A stretch of 62,998 bases of DNA, the filler included, from Circinaria calcarea (taxonomy: Eukaryota), in NCBI GenBank assembly GCA_051942165.1. It is 35 parts of 35 records of this genome, joined end to end, with 100 filler letters (N's around TTAATTAATTAA, not from the genome) between each part and the next. Parts side by side here need not be neighbours in the genome. Positions count along the whole stretch, not along the records: positions 25,360 to 27,064 come from JAVECS010004318.1; positions 27,165 to 28,868 come from JAVECS010004319.1; positions 28,969 to 30,671 come from JAVECS010004320.1; positions 30,772 to 32,474 come from JAVECS010004321.1; positions 32,575 to 34,276 come from JAVECS010004322.1; positions 34,377 to 36,076 come from JAVECS010004323.1; positions 36,177 to 37,874 come from JAVECS010004324.1; 28 more parts are not named here. The stretch is one strand, 5' to 3'. Below the pieces are notes generated by a model. That model saw nothing but the letters and a program-made list of their open reading frames with translations. It made no database searches and was not told the DNA's origin. Positions 25,361 to 37,874 of the stretch are shown here, in pieces. Every line of letters begins with the position of its first letter. Position 1 is the first letter of the stretch. Made by a program: the position numbers and the translations under genes.

Positions 25361-25621
25361 GCTAGTCCCAGCGTCGGTCTTGCCGCTGGATCTCCGAGCC
25401 CCAACGCCAACGCAGTTCCCACGGCCACCAGTCCCGTTTCGAGCATGAATGCCGCAGGAGCGCAGAGCACGACGATGAGCTATAGCGTTGTGGCAGGCAC
25501 AGGAGCTCTGCAGCCGACGGCGATTACGCCGTTTTTGGGAGCAGGCAGTGCGCTCGTTGCTCCTGGTGGGGTTTTCGTTTTTGCGATGGCGGTTGGGAGT
25601 GTGGTTGCTGCTTTGATGTAG
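25361..25621 (+). CDS. Probable GPI-anchored protein, C-terminus
   Basis: Ser/Thr/Ala/Pro-rich stretch followed by TPFLGAGSALVAPGGVFVFAMAVGSVVAALM*, consistent with an omega site plus hydrophobic tail. Confidence 0.7.
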   Translation, partial: ASPSVGLAAGSPSPNANAVPTATSPVSSMNAAGAQSTTMSYSVVAGTGALQPTAITPFLGAGSALVAPGGVFVFAMAVGSVVAALM

Positions 25622-26619
25622 TTTCAAGGCAAGGGGGATCTGAAAATGGGGATCTGTGTATAATTTAACATTCATGTCTTTCGTTGATGATTTTGCATTT
25701 ACATTTTGGGAAATCGACACGTCCGGCTGGATTGTCCGGTGGATGTATGCCTATGCATAGGGTTTCGCATTCGTTTGGCGCAATGTCTAATGCTGATTGT
25801 GGGGTTGGGTTGTAAGTTAGACTTTGGAGAAAGAAAAGGCGGAGATGGATGAATAGGGGAAAAGGGGGAAAGAGGGAAAGAGGGAAAGAGGGAAAGGTGG
25901 TTAATTGTACAGTTCTGAGATCGCGTGAAAGGATAGAGTAGAATCGAAGATATTTATTTCCTGTATTTCGATACCTGAGAACGGGCGGGTTCGGTGTACA
26001 TCTGCCCCTGTACGGAAGGATAGTGATTACACCTTCCCTTGAAAACCCCGGGCGGGGTGAGGGATGTGTCCGGGGACGGTTTTTCGCGAAAAAAACGAAA
26101 TGATGGCAGCATTTTGCGATGGTTTGCACCAATTAGATATGACATCGAATTACGGAGTAGCTCACGCCAAAAGGGCCGGAAGCCGGAAAACCTGATCTGA
26201 ATTACTGTAGTTCCTTGTGGGGCGCAACTGGCCCACCCTAAGGGCGCTAGGTATCAGGAGGAAAAGGCGATTTTATTTATTTAGTAATTAGTGAGCTTTT
26301 GCAAACAATGATCGCGAGCGGATCTTGAAAACTTTGTAAAGATACATACTTTGCCTTTCACCGTTGGGTGGTTGTGTATTACCTACAGGCTGAAACAACA
26401 GCAAATAGCGACACCGAGACTATAGTAGCGCGCAAAGCTATATACCTTGACAACCGATTAACGTATCTACGGAATAAGTGTCGAAACGGTTTATGGTGAG
26501 CGTATCAAGTGGTTTTTTTGGGTGAAGGTACGTATTGGAATTGCATCGTTTTTGTTATCTAAGCTTATTGTGAATGCAACCTCGATGGCCTGTACGCTAG
26601 TGTATCTCGCCATCACCAA

Positions 26620-27064
26620 TCAAAGGCTGTACGTCTCAAGCTCCTTCTGCGTCCATGTCCACAGCTTCTCCGCCAACTCCTGGTCCGATGATTCCTTGGT
26701 GTGTTCCCCGGGTTGGCCGACCGGGAGATAGAGCTCGCCGTTCTGGATGTTGCTCTTTTCCGTGGTCGCACACCAGCAGGTGTTGTAGACACCTTCCTGA
26801 GGCTCCACGGTCCCCTTAGTGGCCTGACGAACGAAATCCTGTTCCTCGGGCTTCAGTCTGCCGATGAGGTCGGTGTTCACCACTCCTGGGTGAAGGGAAA
26901 CCGAAGTGATGGAAGGATAGCGCCGAGCGAGCTCGGCTGCGTAGAGCACATTGGCCAGCTTGCTCTGGCCGTAACGAGCCCATTGGGAGCCGGGACCGAA
27001 ATCTTGGGTGGTCTTGAGCCCGTCGAACACAATACCGCCTGGGAACGGATACATGAAGCCAGTC
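26620..27064 (-). CDS. Short-chain dehydrogenase/reductase, C-terminal part
   Basis: RYGQSKLANVLYAAELARRYP..VSLHPGVVNTDL...LAEKLWTWT. Confidence 0.92.
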
Positions 27065-27164
27065 NNNNNNNNNNNNNNNNNNNNNNNNNNNNNNNNNNNN
27101 NNNNNNNNTTAATTAATTAANNNNNNNNNNNNNNNNNNNNNNNNNNNNNNNNNNNNNNNNNNNN

Positions 27165-27529
27165 CAGGATTTGTATCTCGCCAAAGAGGTTCTCCTTTAA
27201 CTTCTTGTTCTTGCTGAGCGAGGAGAGATTGACCGATTTGATGGCTACGTAGCCGCCTCTTTTCTGTACACACGGTCAGTGTTAGCAAAGGTTGTCTGAG
27301 AGAGCCGATGAAACTCTTTGTCACGAAGCTTCCACAACACCGTCACCGTTGTGTGGGATGTTTCAAATGGCAACGGAAGTGTACTCACCGTATGCATGGC
27401 TTTGTAGACCGTTGCGAAGCTTCCTTTCCCAATCTCTTCCAACCTTCTGAAGCTCCCTATATCCACATCTCCCTGAGTCGACTCTCGAGGCCGCCTCGAC
27501 CTCGAGGGCCCTGGCGGTGGAGCTGCCAT
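27165..27529 (-). CDS. atg1: Autophagy Ser/Thr kinase Atg1, N-terminus
   Basis: IGSFRRLEEIGKGSFATVYKAMHT|KRGGYVAIKSVNLSSLSKNKKLKENLFGEIQIL. Intron 27264-27388. Confidence 0.9.
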
Positions 27530-30290
27530 GCTGAGCTCTCCCACTTTCGTTCAACCAGGGAGGCCCTTCAAGCTCTTGCGAACTAGATGGATCACCACTG
27601 TAAATGCGGATAGAGCGTGGCGGTCAAGGCGTTACACATGAGGTGCTAAGGGTGATGTTATTCAGAAGGAAGACCAGGTGTTGTAGGATGCAGCTTGCCG
27701 GCTTCGGTGAGGTAGGCAGTCCAAAGTCGGGGGGGTAGAAGCGCGCGAGGCTGCTGGTTCGGCGGCGTGATGCAGGGGGGACTTGAGGAGGATTAAAAAT
27801 GGTGGGGAAATGACGGGGGCCTGAAGGCCAGTGGTGTGATAAGGCTGTCAGGCTTTTTCGCAACCAAAGACAAGCGCTAGCGCTGGACTTGCACCTGGTG
27901 ACTCTGCTGGATGATCAGGTATGGTAATGGTTGGAAGGCCCTCGGGGCTAAGGAATATGGAATCGGTAGTCAAGGTACACAAGAAGACCGAAAGAGACGG
28001 ATCATCCAAGAAGGCGTGAAGCAGGAAGAGAAATGGAGGGGGAAGCCGTATACAAAAGGGCGGACGAAATGGGGCAGCCTGCTGTCGAGAGGAAGAGGCA
28101 GGTGGGTCAAAGGCCAGAAGAGAAGATGGGGAAGACGGGGAGGATGACTCTCACTCCAATCAGTCATTCAGCGGTTATTCTTCTACTAACTATGTACGCA
28201 TTGGGAATGGCACTTTGACGGGTACATAACGGCACGCTAGTCGTCCCTTGCGATAAGACTTGATCGTACGGAGTAGAGTAGAAGCCATTGGGGGTGCCAG
28301 TCCTTTGACGGGAGCAGATTCCTGCATAATCGACTACGTCTTGACCGTCTGCTTGACTCCCGATCGTCGGCGACAGTGAGAAAGAAGTCTGGGATCGTTT
28401 GTCCTCTGGACACATCACGCCCATCACTCCTTGACGGCTATATCCCATTTCAGTATCTGCTTTTCCCACGGTCCGCTGCCTGGCCTGGCCTGGCCGGTGG
28501 GCATCACACTGCTAATGCCATCATCAACTGCTCTCTATTCACCACATAATCTTCCAGTAATGGCGACAGAACTGGATAAAGTATCTCGTGTCATGTGCAA
28601 TTGCTGCCTAGCATATTATTGAACATCTGTATCCTTCTTGCATATGTCCATCCATACTGGATGCCGGCCTTGACTACCGCAAACAGATCCAAACAAGCAA
28701 AAGCTTCTTCGCCTCCGAAATATGCTGCCCTATATTACATTGTCTTCTTAACCTTCCTTTACCCCTAACCTCTCCCGCAGACCTCCCCCTGTTGGAACCC
28801 TCCCCATTAACGAAGCGGACCAGGCGGACCAGGCGGGCCAGGGAAGCGATACCGGCCAGGCAAGCGATNNNNNNNNNNNNNNNNNNNNNNNNNNNNNNNN
28901 NNNNNNNNNNNNTTAATTAATTAANNNNNNNNNNNNNNNNNNNNNNNNNNNNNNNNNNNNNNNNNNNNCCTTCCACATCCCATCCCACATCCTAGCACAA
29001 TCGGGGTCACTAACCAAGTAATATAAAAAAGTGAGTTAAGTCTCGATGTGGAAAGGAAAGGAAAGGAACATCGGAAACGCCCCGAGGGTCAGTTCACCCC
29101 CGTTCCTCGTTCCCCGTTCCCGCAAATGTTCGGAAAATTGTCATGAAAATATCCAACGGTCCCTGGGTTGTTTGGGGGGGGGGGCAGGGGGAGGGGTGTG
29201 GAAAAGGGAAAGGCGTAGGAAAGGAGGTGGATAAGGGCGTATTGGGAGGCGTGGGAAGAAAAGGCGATAGGTGCTGTTTTTTTTAGAAATATCCCCTCAA
29301 GACCTTGGACGACGACCTTACCCAGCAGACAGATGCAAAAAAAACAATAAAATATGTATATTCCCTTTTTCCGTTTTCCTCTTCCCTTTTTCCGTTTCCC
29401 TTTCCGATTTTTATGAAAAACCTTTCAAACCTTTAACCCTTCAACAAAGGTTTTTTTCTAATTGTAACCACAACGAGAAACGAGAAACGACAACTACCTC
29501 ACCCCTCCCGGCCCAATCCCTCCCTTTCCTTTCACTCCACCTAAGTATACCCATGTTCCCCGTACCACTAAACCGTAAATCATAAAGCCCAAGGCCAAAA
29601 GCCCAAGGGTAACAAGCTATCGGTTTAGAATTCCTCTTTTCCCTACCTGCCTGTAGTAGCCGTTCCGTACAAAGTACAAAGTCACGTGAACTAGCTGTAC
29701 CTTACCTAGGGGTAAGTAGAGAAGAGAGAAGAGAGAAGAGAAAAGAGAGAGAGGGAGATTGCCACAACATCACGCATTCAACGCCCCCTCGTACGTACGT
29801 CCGTCTGTTTGGTTCCGTTCATGTTCGAGTCGGGTCATTGTCTCACGTCTCACGGCTCATTGGAGAAAAAGAAAAAAAAAAGGAGAGAAATAGAGAGAGC
29901 CTGGCTAGCTAGCTAGCTAACGAGTAGCTGCTGAGCGTGCAACATCCCGCTAATCGGGGAAAAGCTTCCATTCCAAATGCTTTTTGGAGGTTTCTTTTTT
30001 TCAAATTTTTTTTTAAACAAACTATTACCGAGAGATATGTATCCTTGTCTCTCGAGACAAAGGGCAGGGTCTATGCTCATCCTCCTCTGAAGAGGAATCG
30101 GAAAGAAAAGACAGATGAAAGCGGTTCTTAGGATGGAAAGTCTTCTCCTTTCTGCCGAAGATCAAGGATCCACCACGTGTTAACGACAGCCATCATGGTT
30201 ATTTCGGCTGCAAAAGCCGCACCACAGGACTTGAATCTCATCCCCTAGTCTCTTCATCCCATTTTGCCTCCATCCTCCAAATTTCCTCCT

Positions 30291-30671
30291 TCAGTAAGCT
30301 CCCCCACTCATGCCTCCCTCCCCACTCAATCGATCCAAATGTCCCTCGGCCAGTTCACTTCTCAACCCCTCCCGACGGCTCTCCCTCTCACTCTTATCCC
30401 ATTCCCGAAGGCCCTGTCTCTTGGCCCGCTGCTTCTCCTCAATTGCCTCCAGCAACTTCTTCTTATCGTCTTCCAATTGCTGCAGACGTCTCTCCTGCGC
30501 CGGATCAAGACCAGACGGTAAAGACTTGCCCCCTGGGACAATGGACGGGGAGGAAGAGAGATGTTGTGAAAAGCGCTGGGTGCGGGGGTAGGTTGTTGAC
30601 GAGGAGTTATTGTTCCGAAATGGAACGCGGGGTGGAGGATCGTTGTAGGAGGGTGCGGCTTGTGGGCTATT
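30291..30671 (-). CDS. Conserved-looking fungal hypothetical protein, coiled-coil C-terminus
   Basis: NNNSSSTTYPRTQRF...IVPGGK.LP...LREWDKSERESRREGLRSELAEGHL...GGAY*. Confidence 0.7.
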   Translation of the reverse strand, partial: NSPQAAPSYNDPPPRVPFRNNNSSSTTYPRTQRFSQHLSSSPSIVPGGKSLPSGLDPAQERRLQQLEDDKKKLLEAIEEKQRAKRQGLREWDKSERESRREGLRSELAEGHLDRLSGEGGMSGGAY

Positions 30672-30771
30672 NNNNNNNNNNNNNNNNNNNNNNNNNNNNN
30701 NNNNNNNNNNNNNNNTTAATTAATTAANNNNNNNNNNNNNNNNNNNNNNNNNNNNNNNNNNNNNNNNNNNN

Positions 30772-31833
30772 CAGGAAGCCAAAGTTGGTGATACATACAC
30801 AACAGTCGGATCGGAGAAGCTAGTTGAGCCTTTACCTGGTTTTGAGGAACCGCAGTCGATGGTTTTCGTGGCCGCTTATCCCGTTGATCAGAGTGAATAC
30901 GGACACCTAGAAGACAGTATAAATCAGATTGTGTTGAACGACCGCAGTGTTTCACTACAGAAAGAGTATTCAGAAGCACTTGGGGCTGGATGGAGGCTAG
31001 GTTTCTTAGGTACTTTGCACTGCTCTGTATTCGAAGACCGCTTAAGACAAGAGCATGGGGCATCCATCATCATCACCCCTCCGACAGTCCCCTTCATGGT
31101 CGTTTGGGCAGACGGGAAGGAGGAAATCATCCGGAACCCCGCCGAATTTCCTGATTCAGAAATCGGAGGTTCCAAGGTTGCAGAACTCCGAGAGCCGTAT
31201 GTGTTGGTCACAATCACTCTACCTGAGGAATACCTGGGAAAAGCCATCGAACTTTGCGAGAGCAACCGTGGCCAACAACGAGAGCTTCAGTTCTTTACCG
31301 CTACGCAAGTAATATTGAAATATGATCTCCCGCTTGCGCAACTGGTGGATGATTTCTTTGGAAAACTCAAAGGTATTACGAAAGGGTACGCCAGCCTAGA
31401 TTACGAGGAAGCGGATTGGCGAAGAAGTAACATCATCAAGCTTCAGCTGCTTGTAAATAAGATTCCTGTCGACGCAGTAGCCCGCGTTGTGCATACAAGC
31501 CAAGCTGATAGACTCGGACGCCAATGGGTTACTAAATTCAAGGAACATGTTGACCGTCAGATGTTCGAAGTCATCATACAAGCCATTGCTGGCAGACGTG
31601 TTGTGGCTAGGGAGACGCTGAAGCCCTTTCGAAAGGATGTTCTAGCAAAACTGCACGCTACTGATGTTTCACGAAGGAAGAAGTTGCTGGAGAAGCAGAA
31701 AGAGGGGCGAAAGAAATTGAAAGGTATGTTTAGGTACATTTGATTTTGGAGACAATAGCTTACAAATGTGTTCTTAGCTGTCGGTAACGTTGCCATTGAC
31801 AATAAAGCATTTCAAGCATTCTTAGCAAAGTGA
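30772..31833 (+). CDS. guf1: Mitochondrial translation factor GUF1 (LepA/EF4), C-terminal half
   Basis: LVLNDRSV-like region, [60 protein letters not shown] and [20 protein letters not shown]. Intron 31724-31777. Confidence 0.96.
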
Positions 31834-32340
31834 ACTCATCTCGAAGAATGGGCGTCTACCTCCTGTGGCTCCTGCTGCTCTTTCTAATACGAGTCTTTGC
31901 TCGTAAGATCTATTTAGGCGCAAGGGGTACCCTCTACATGTAAGGCAGAGGTTGGACTTTAGAAACAACACGCGAACGCTTTCAAGTTTTCGTAACGCTT
32001 TGGTGTATGATCCATTTATGAAAAGCCTCTCAGGTCCCTATGTACTGGATGCGGATAGCAACTTCAGTGTTGGAAAGACGCCACCCCTGTAAATCTGATA
32101 GATAGAGACGTTTGGATTCTGTCTCTGGTAAGGCATAAATTTTCCCCCCGACAAGCCCTTTCTGAAATTCAAGTAGAATACAATATAATTGTCGTACTTT
32201 GTTTAGCTGATGCTACAACCGTTCGCATGTGATAGCTTACAATGTCTAAAGGATTTTAAGCACATAATCTCAACATGAGACTCTCCCGCAGCTCAAAGCC
32301 TACTACTCGAACCATGTAACGTCTACATCCTCTGAGCCTG

Positions 32341-32474
32341 ATGTCTTTTCTAAGACGGCGCTTTCTTGGGGAATCAACTGCAAGACCTTCACGTGAGTTC
32401 ACACCAGAGAAAGGTGAAGAAGTTCGACTGGTCTCTGTTGCAAAGCTCAAGAAGCTCACTTCGAAGAAAAGCAA
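32341..32474 (+). CDS. N-terminal fragment resembling fungal phospholipid:diacylglycerol acyltransferase (Lro1/PDAT) leader
   Basis: MSFLRRRFLGES...EEVRLVSVAKLKKLTSKKS. Only 44 aa, and the similarity is from recollection. Confidence 0.4.
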
Positions 32475-32574
32475 NNNNNNNNNNNNNNNNNNNNNNNNNN
32501 NNNNNNNNNNNNNNNNNNTTAATTAATTAANNNNNNNNNNNNNNNNNNNNNNNNNNNNNNNNNNNNNNNNNNNN

Positions 32575-32728
32575 TTTCTACTAGAGCAACTAGAATAGTA
32601 TAGTCGTCCACTCTCAGAGTCAAGTGCTTGATTCTTCTTGCATATAAGCGAATAGCAACAGCCAGTATTGCGAGAAAAGGAAAGACACTGTTGACAACGA
32701 TAGTTGCCCTAGCCGGTTCGGTCAACAT
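32575..32728 (-). CDS. Pth11-like (rhodopsin-domain) integral membrane protein, N-terminus
   Basis: FPFLAILAVAIRLYARRIKHLTLRVDDYTILVAL, the typical TM1 - R..AR..DD - TM2 pattern. Confidence 0.75.
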
Positions 32729-33369
32729 CTTGACGACCTTGTCGTGTGTAGGAGGGTCCGAAGGATATGATAAACAAGCTGTCCTGAGTAAGGAACTGAA
32801 GAATCAGACTATGACTTTACATATGAGAAGGCTCCATCAGGTTATAGAGCAGTTTCTTGTATGTACGGGCAGCCACAGCAGTCCCATACACAGAGCTGTT
32901 CCAGGACCAGCGAATGGTCCGACCTGGAAACAACTTTCCGCTCGGCCCTGGCATGCTTTTGGCGTTTCCCCTCGAGCAGCTGGAATGTGCCTGGCATGCC
33001 TGGCTAGTATGAAACACGATATCGGACAGTTGCTTTTGGGGTGATACCGCTTGCCCTTAGACAGGCTGCGGTCAGTCGGCCTCGACGAGTAAATAACTCG
33101 CGGCTAGCGACACTGGTCCCTTCACGCTAGAAAATATACATTTGCATGAAAGTGTAACATCAATTTTTCATTTTGCTATTTTATTTTGGAAAAACGCTTT
33201 TCAACTTCGTTCACCCAGTTGTTGTCGCTGTCACCACAGTAATTACTATGGCGACGGCGACAGCGCATGTATTATAGCAGTTTATTTTTCTTTTAAAAGA
33301 GTTATAGTATTCAGAACTTAAGTCTGTTCAAATTACAGTATGGCTATTTTTCCTAAAGGTCCTTCACTA

Positions 33370-33752
33370 TAATAACATGCTATACTCCCATGCTTCATAT
33401 TGTATGCTCCGTATAACTTTCTTTACTACGTGCCAATATTGTAAGCGTTATCCTACGCCATGCTATGCTCTGTATTTTATGCTTTGTGCTGTGCTTTGTG
33501 CTATGCTCGAAGCCTCTGCTGTGCTTTGTGCTCCATGACGGGAGTATGCAGAAATGTGATAGAACTGTGCTACTCTATTTAATGCCTGATCAAAAGTCCA
33601 CTGGCTTGCTAACATGCTTCTTGCTTCCTGCTCCATGCTATGCTCTATACTAAATGAGGCAAAGCATAATACATGGTGTAATCATAAAGCATGGTATGGT
33701 GCATAATATATGGCATAGAGTATAGTGTATAATACGGCTGATCTGCACCCTA
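33370..33752. mobile_element. Probable DNA-transposon terminus remnant (hAT-like)
   Basis: Dense TGCT(A/G)TGCT / AGCAT short repeats ending in ...GATCTGCACCCTA, whose reverse complement TAGGGTGCAG resembles a hAT TIR start. The partner TIR was not found. Confidence 0.4.
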
Positions 33753-33880
33753 GATCCAATGCATGAGGCGTAGGTACCTAGCTACCTTAGGTATTGACTG
33801 TTCTCATATATGCAAAGGACAGCAGCTCGTATGCCCCATCACCTCTTCCACTTGCGAGGCTGACCTTGCAATCCGATCCG

Positions 33881-33950
33881 GTCACCTGAGGATAAATTTG
33901 ACCCAGTCACCTTAAGATGAATTTGACCCAGTCACCTGAAGATGAATTTG
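33881..33950 (+). repeat. 25-bp tandem repeat, 2.8 copies
   Basis: GTCACCTGAGGATAAATTTGACCCA / GTCACCTTAAGATGAATTTGACCCA / GTCACCTGAAGATGAATTTG. Confidence 0.9.
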
Positions 33951-34098
33951 GCTCGGCGGTATGGGGGTGAAGCAGACCACCCTCGATTCTACCGAGTTCA
34001 TCGGATCCTAAATTCCACGGTCTTCACTGTAGACCAAATCTCCCCTTTCCAACGGGGAAAACTCCAGTCTCCTCGCTCGAAACCCAACTCCAGCAACC

Positions 34099-34276
34099 AT
34101 GTCCCATCCCATTGACATCCTCTCCGCCACCGAGAAAGACTTCCCTACCCTCGCCCACATCCACCTGCTCGCCCACGGCGTCGACCTGCTCGACCGCCTC
34201 ATGTTCGAAACCAGCCCCTTCGATACCACCTTGCAGACCCAATTCGCCATGGCGGAGCTCCGCCGCGCGGCCTCGA
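34099..34276 (+). CDS. Putative GNAT-family acetyltransferase, N-terminus
   Basis: MSHPIDILSATEKDFPTLAHIHLLAH..D.L.RLMF, similar to the start of fungal GNATs, with strong GC3 codon bias. Confidence 0.5.
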
Positions 34277-36176
34277 NNNNNNNNNNNNNNNNNNNNNNNN
34301 NNNNNNNNNNNNNNNNNNNNTTAATTAATTAANNNNNNNNNNNNNNNNNNNNNNNNNNNNNNNNNNNNNNNNNNNNCTTCGGTCGTGACGTGATCAGTTC
34401 ACGGAGCCAGGAGAGCATGGTTGGAAGTTTGGCTCCGGGATTTTTATTCTAGGGGTAGATGCGAGCGGAAAGATCGGAGCTGATAGATACGGATATCACA
34501 CTCTTTGCCGGCCGCTGATGCTCTCTGCTTCTTGGTGTTGAGCAGTATGTGTGGTGGTATTGCATGTATTGCTATGTGTATAACTATTTCTAAATTAGCA
34601 GACGGCGGACAAAGCTTGTTATTAGGTGGCGTGAGAGGTGTTTGAGCATGAAGCTCATTTTAATCCGTAGAACACACGTGACTCGGTAAGCCCTTATTTA
34701 TGCCTTTCAACACTTTGTACGTTCATTCCTTTGTGACGTTCTATAGCTTTGTGAATAGACTCAGTCGGATAGTGTTAGGGTTTCTCCCATAGGAAGTGTA
34801 ATCACCCCGCAAGCGGGGTGGGGATGGGAATGATGTAGTTATAGTGTCCTGCCCCTAACGAACTCCAATAGTGTGCGAAAGAGTATACACTTCAGCATAT
34901 TCAAAGGTAAGCTTACAAGTATCATTTACAGAAGATTTTCTATTCTTTGGTACAGAGCGTTCATGAGTAAGAGATCCTCTTTGTATTCTAATATGACGTT
35001 TAACAAACCTAAGACAGGGGAAAGTGGGAGAGGAAGAGGAGTGAATGGACGTCGGTGAATATCGAGAAAATCCTTTATATATCATGGAATTCATTGGTTT
35101 GCCGATATCGGTATATATAAATACTACCTTACCCTCACTCCATTAGTAAATATTCCTCCCATGGCTTCTAGAGATATAGAGTCAGAAAACTAATATAATT
35201 CGCCACGGAAACCAAATTATTTGTGGCAGCAGAAGATACCTCGATAATTTTAAACGTAAAGCACCTCGCTTCTTGCTGCGGGCTACTCTATTGAATGCTG
35301 AATACTTGAGAAATCGCCACTGGGTCTACTTGCTATATAACACGTGGGAGTGTAAGTGAAGAAATAAAAGTAGGGACACAGGGTTGTTTTCCTCCATGAA
35401 GTGAGAGCGCGTATGGCGCAAACAGTGTTCAGGCGGGGAATATGACCAGAACTGGGTCCAAATCCCATTAGCGCTTGCCCTACTGGAGACTGATTATCAA
35501 AACTCCGCGGTATTAAAGCCCCCCTTATTGGATCCCATAATTCAACCAGGGGTACCTATTTGGACCCTTCGGTTAATGTGGAGTACCCTAAATATAAACG
35601 TCCGGTGGCACCCACCCAACTTCATCCGCGGTATTCAGGGTGGGGTATTGCGAGCCCCTAGTGCTAAAACCCCTTAGGAACCGCCGAGCTGTGGACCAAA
35701 CAGCCTTCCTCTTATCATGGCAAAGGGAAGTGACGATGGGCAGCTAGCGGCGGCCTTTGTGGCAATAAAGCCTACCTTCAGGCGTCAACTTTTTGACGCC
35801 TCATTGAATACATGCACTCGCGTGACGCCCGCCCGCAACTCAGCGGTCTTTGTTGGGGAAAAGGAAGGAGCGGGTTAGCTAGCTAACCAAGGCCTCTGGA
35901 CCTTAAAGTTTGCCTTCGCGCAATAGATAGAATCAAGCATTTCTATCACCATTTTCGATGATGCATGCACTCCCGTGACAGTCTTCCAGACGAATTTCCG
36001 AAACAACATCTCTAAGGCGAAGCCTCGGGATCTGCCGAGTCTGAGTGGGAGGGGCGACTCGTTCCCACAAAAACCANNNNNNNNNNNNNNNNNNNNNNNN
36101 NNNNNNNNNNNNNNNNNNNNTTAATTAATTAANNNNNNNNNNNNNNNNNNNNNNNNNNNNNNNNNNNNNNNNNNNN

Positions 36177-37874
36177 CGTCCGTTTACCGTTGCTGTACAG
36201 GATACTCTCACGAAGCTCGTTGAGATCTGGGCACACGGTTAGCACATGGGCTGTGGTCTGACGACCCAGCCCGCATGAACAATAGGGACTCTCCAAATGG
36301 CCTCTGGTGTAGAGCCAGTCCTTGGTTGCGATCCTACCTGTCAGTGCTTGGTTCAGCGCTGATCCTTGAGCTTTCGTCTTCAGGGGCCTAAGCCGGTTGA
36401 GATTGGCCTTCTCATTGGTATTGAGCGCCCTGAAGACCTGGCGGCCACTTTTCTCATTTGCCCACTGATCATTTGCCTCCTGCCTTGCCCCGGCCTGGAT
36501 TCGCGTCTTCAGCGTCGATGGTTGTCTAGGCGCCTGGATGTCGTCCGTGTAGGGCTTCGTCTGTAGTTTCCGGGTGGCTGCTTGCTTGGCTAGCTCGTCG
36601 GCTTCCTCATTGCCCGGTATCCCTATGTGTGCAGGGATCCATCGTACCTCGATCGGGTTTAGCATTGTCTTGTGCAACTCGTGGATTGCCCTCAGAGTCG
36701 TGCATCCTGGGCCTCCAGTGGTCTTGGATATGCCCTGGATGGCGCTCTGGTTGTCGGTAAAGATGACTACAGGCTTGATCATGTCGATGAAGGTAGCTAT
36801 CTTCATGGCTAGCTGAATGCCTATCAGTTCCGCTTGGTGGACTGTATGATAGCTGTCTTCTCCGAGGTAGAACTGGAGGCGCTGGTAGTAGTCCCGGCAT
36901 ATGGCCGCGGCCGCCACCTGCCCTTCGATGCCCGATCCATCCGTGTACACCACAATGCTGTCCTCCCGTAGGACGATGTCCCAGTGGTCCTTGACCGCCT
37001 GTTCCTTCGTTGCTGCGATCACCGTGTGGGGTGGTTCCCACCATGGAGGCTTCACGTAGGGAATGAATTGTTCGAGGGTGCTTGGGTCGACCTCGAATTC
37101 TTGTCGGACAGCCTCCAGTGATCGCTGTAGCGGGGTCTTATGGGTTGCTTTATCAGGCAGCTCCGATTGAAACTCATGTTTTCGGCTCGCTGTGGTGGTC
37201 AATCTGAGCGCTGTTCGATAGGCTGCGCTCTTCAATGTCTGTTCAGCAGGCAGTACGTTGAGCATTGCCTCTAGGCCAGCTTTGCTAGAGCCCCGGAAGG
37301 TGCCCGATGCGATTCTGAGTGCGTGGTATTGTTTCTTGCCTAGAGCTGTAGCCGCTTTGACGAGGACTCGGGGTGTGGGTGTAGGTTGTTGTTGTTCATC
37401 GTCGGTTACCTCTTTTCGCGCGGGAATCGCTTTAGGTGCTGCCCACAGTGAGCTTGCAAATAGGAGCTTTGGCAGGACGGTTGATTGGTAGATATTGCGC
37501 TGGTCGAGACCCCCTACGCCAAAGGTGGAGCCTCCTAGCGCTGACAGTGCTGTGATGGGACCCATTGCTTTGCGTATGGTCGACCTGAGATGAGCGTTCA
37601 TGGTCAGATTCGAGTCTAGGGTGAAGCCTAGGAGAACAGCAGTGGGTGAGGGTCGGATGACCTGGCCATCGATGAACACGGGGGCGTCTTTTTCTATCCC
37701 CTTCTTCCCTAGGGGATAGAAATGCAGCAGCTGATATTTCTGGACCGAGAAATTTATTCCGGATTATTCGGCCTATTCGGTACAGGTTTTATAGATTTAT
37801 TAAAGGGCTATTATTATTTCCTTCAGGATATTTCCTATCGTCAGGATGAGAATATCATCCACTCATTTTAAGAA
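36177..37874 (-). mobile_element. Non-LTR retrotransposon (Tad1-like LINE) ORF2: RT C-terminus, RNase H, Cys-His motif
   Basis: (W*)VDDILIL RT motif, KYQLLHF, LLGFTLDSNL; RNase H VYTDGS, AELIGI, FTDNQSAI and WIPAHIGIPGNEEADELAK; then CSCG..QTTAHVL..CP. Confidence 0.95.

Noticed and set aside
34377..36076. Contig with short inverted/direct motifs (CCGCGGTATT twice) and a possible gene start MLSWLRELITSRPK at the left edge
   Set aside because: Too short or weak to support an element or gene call.
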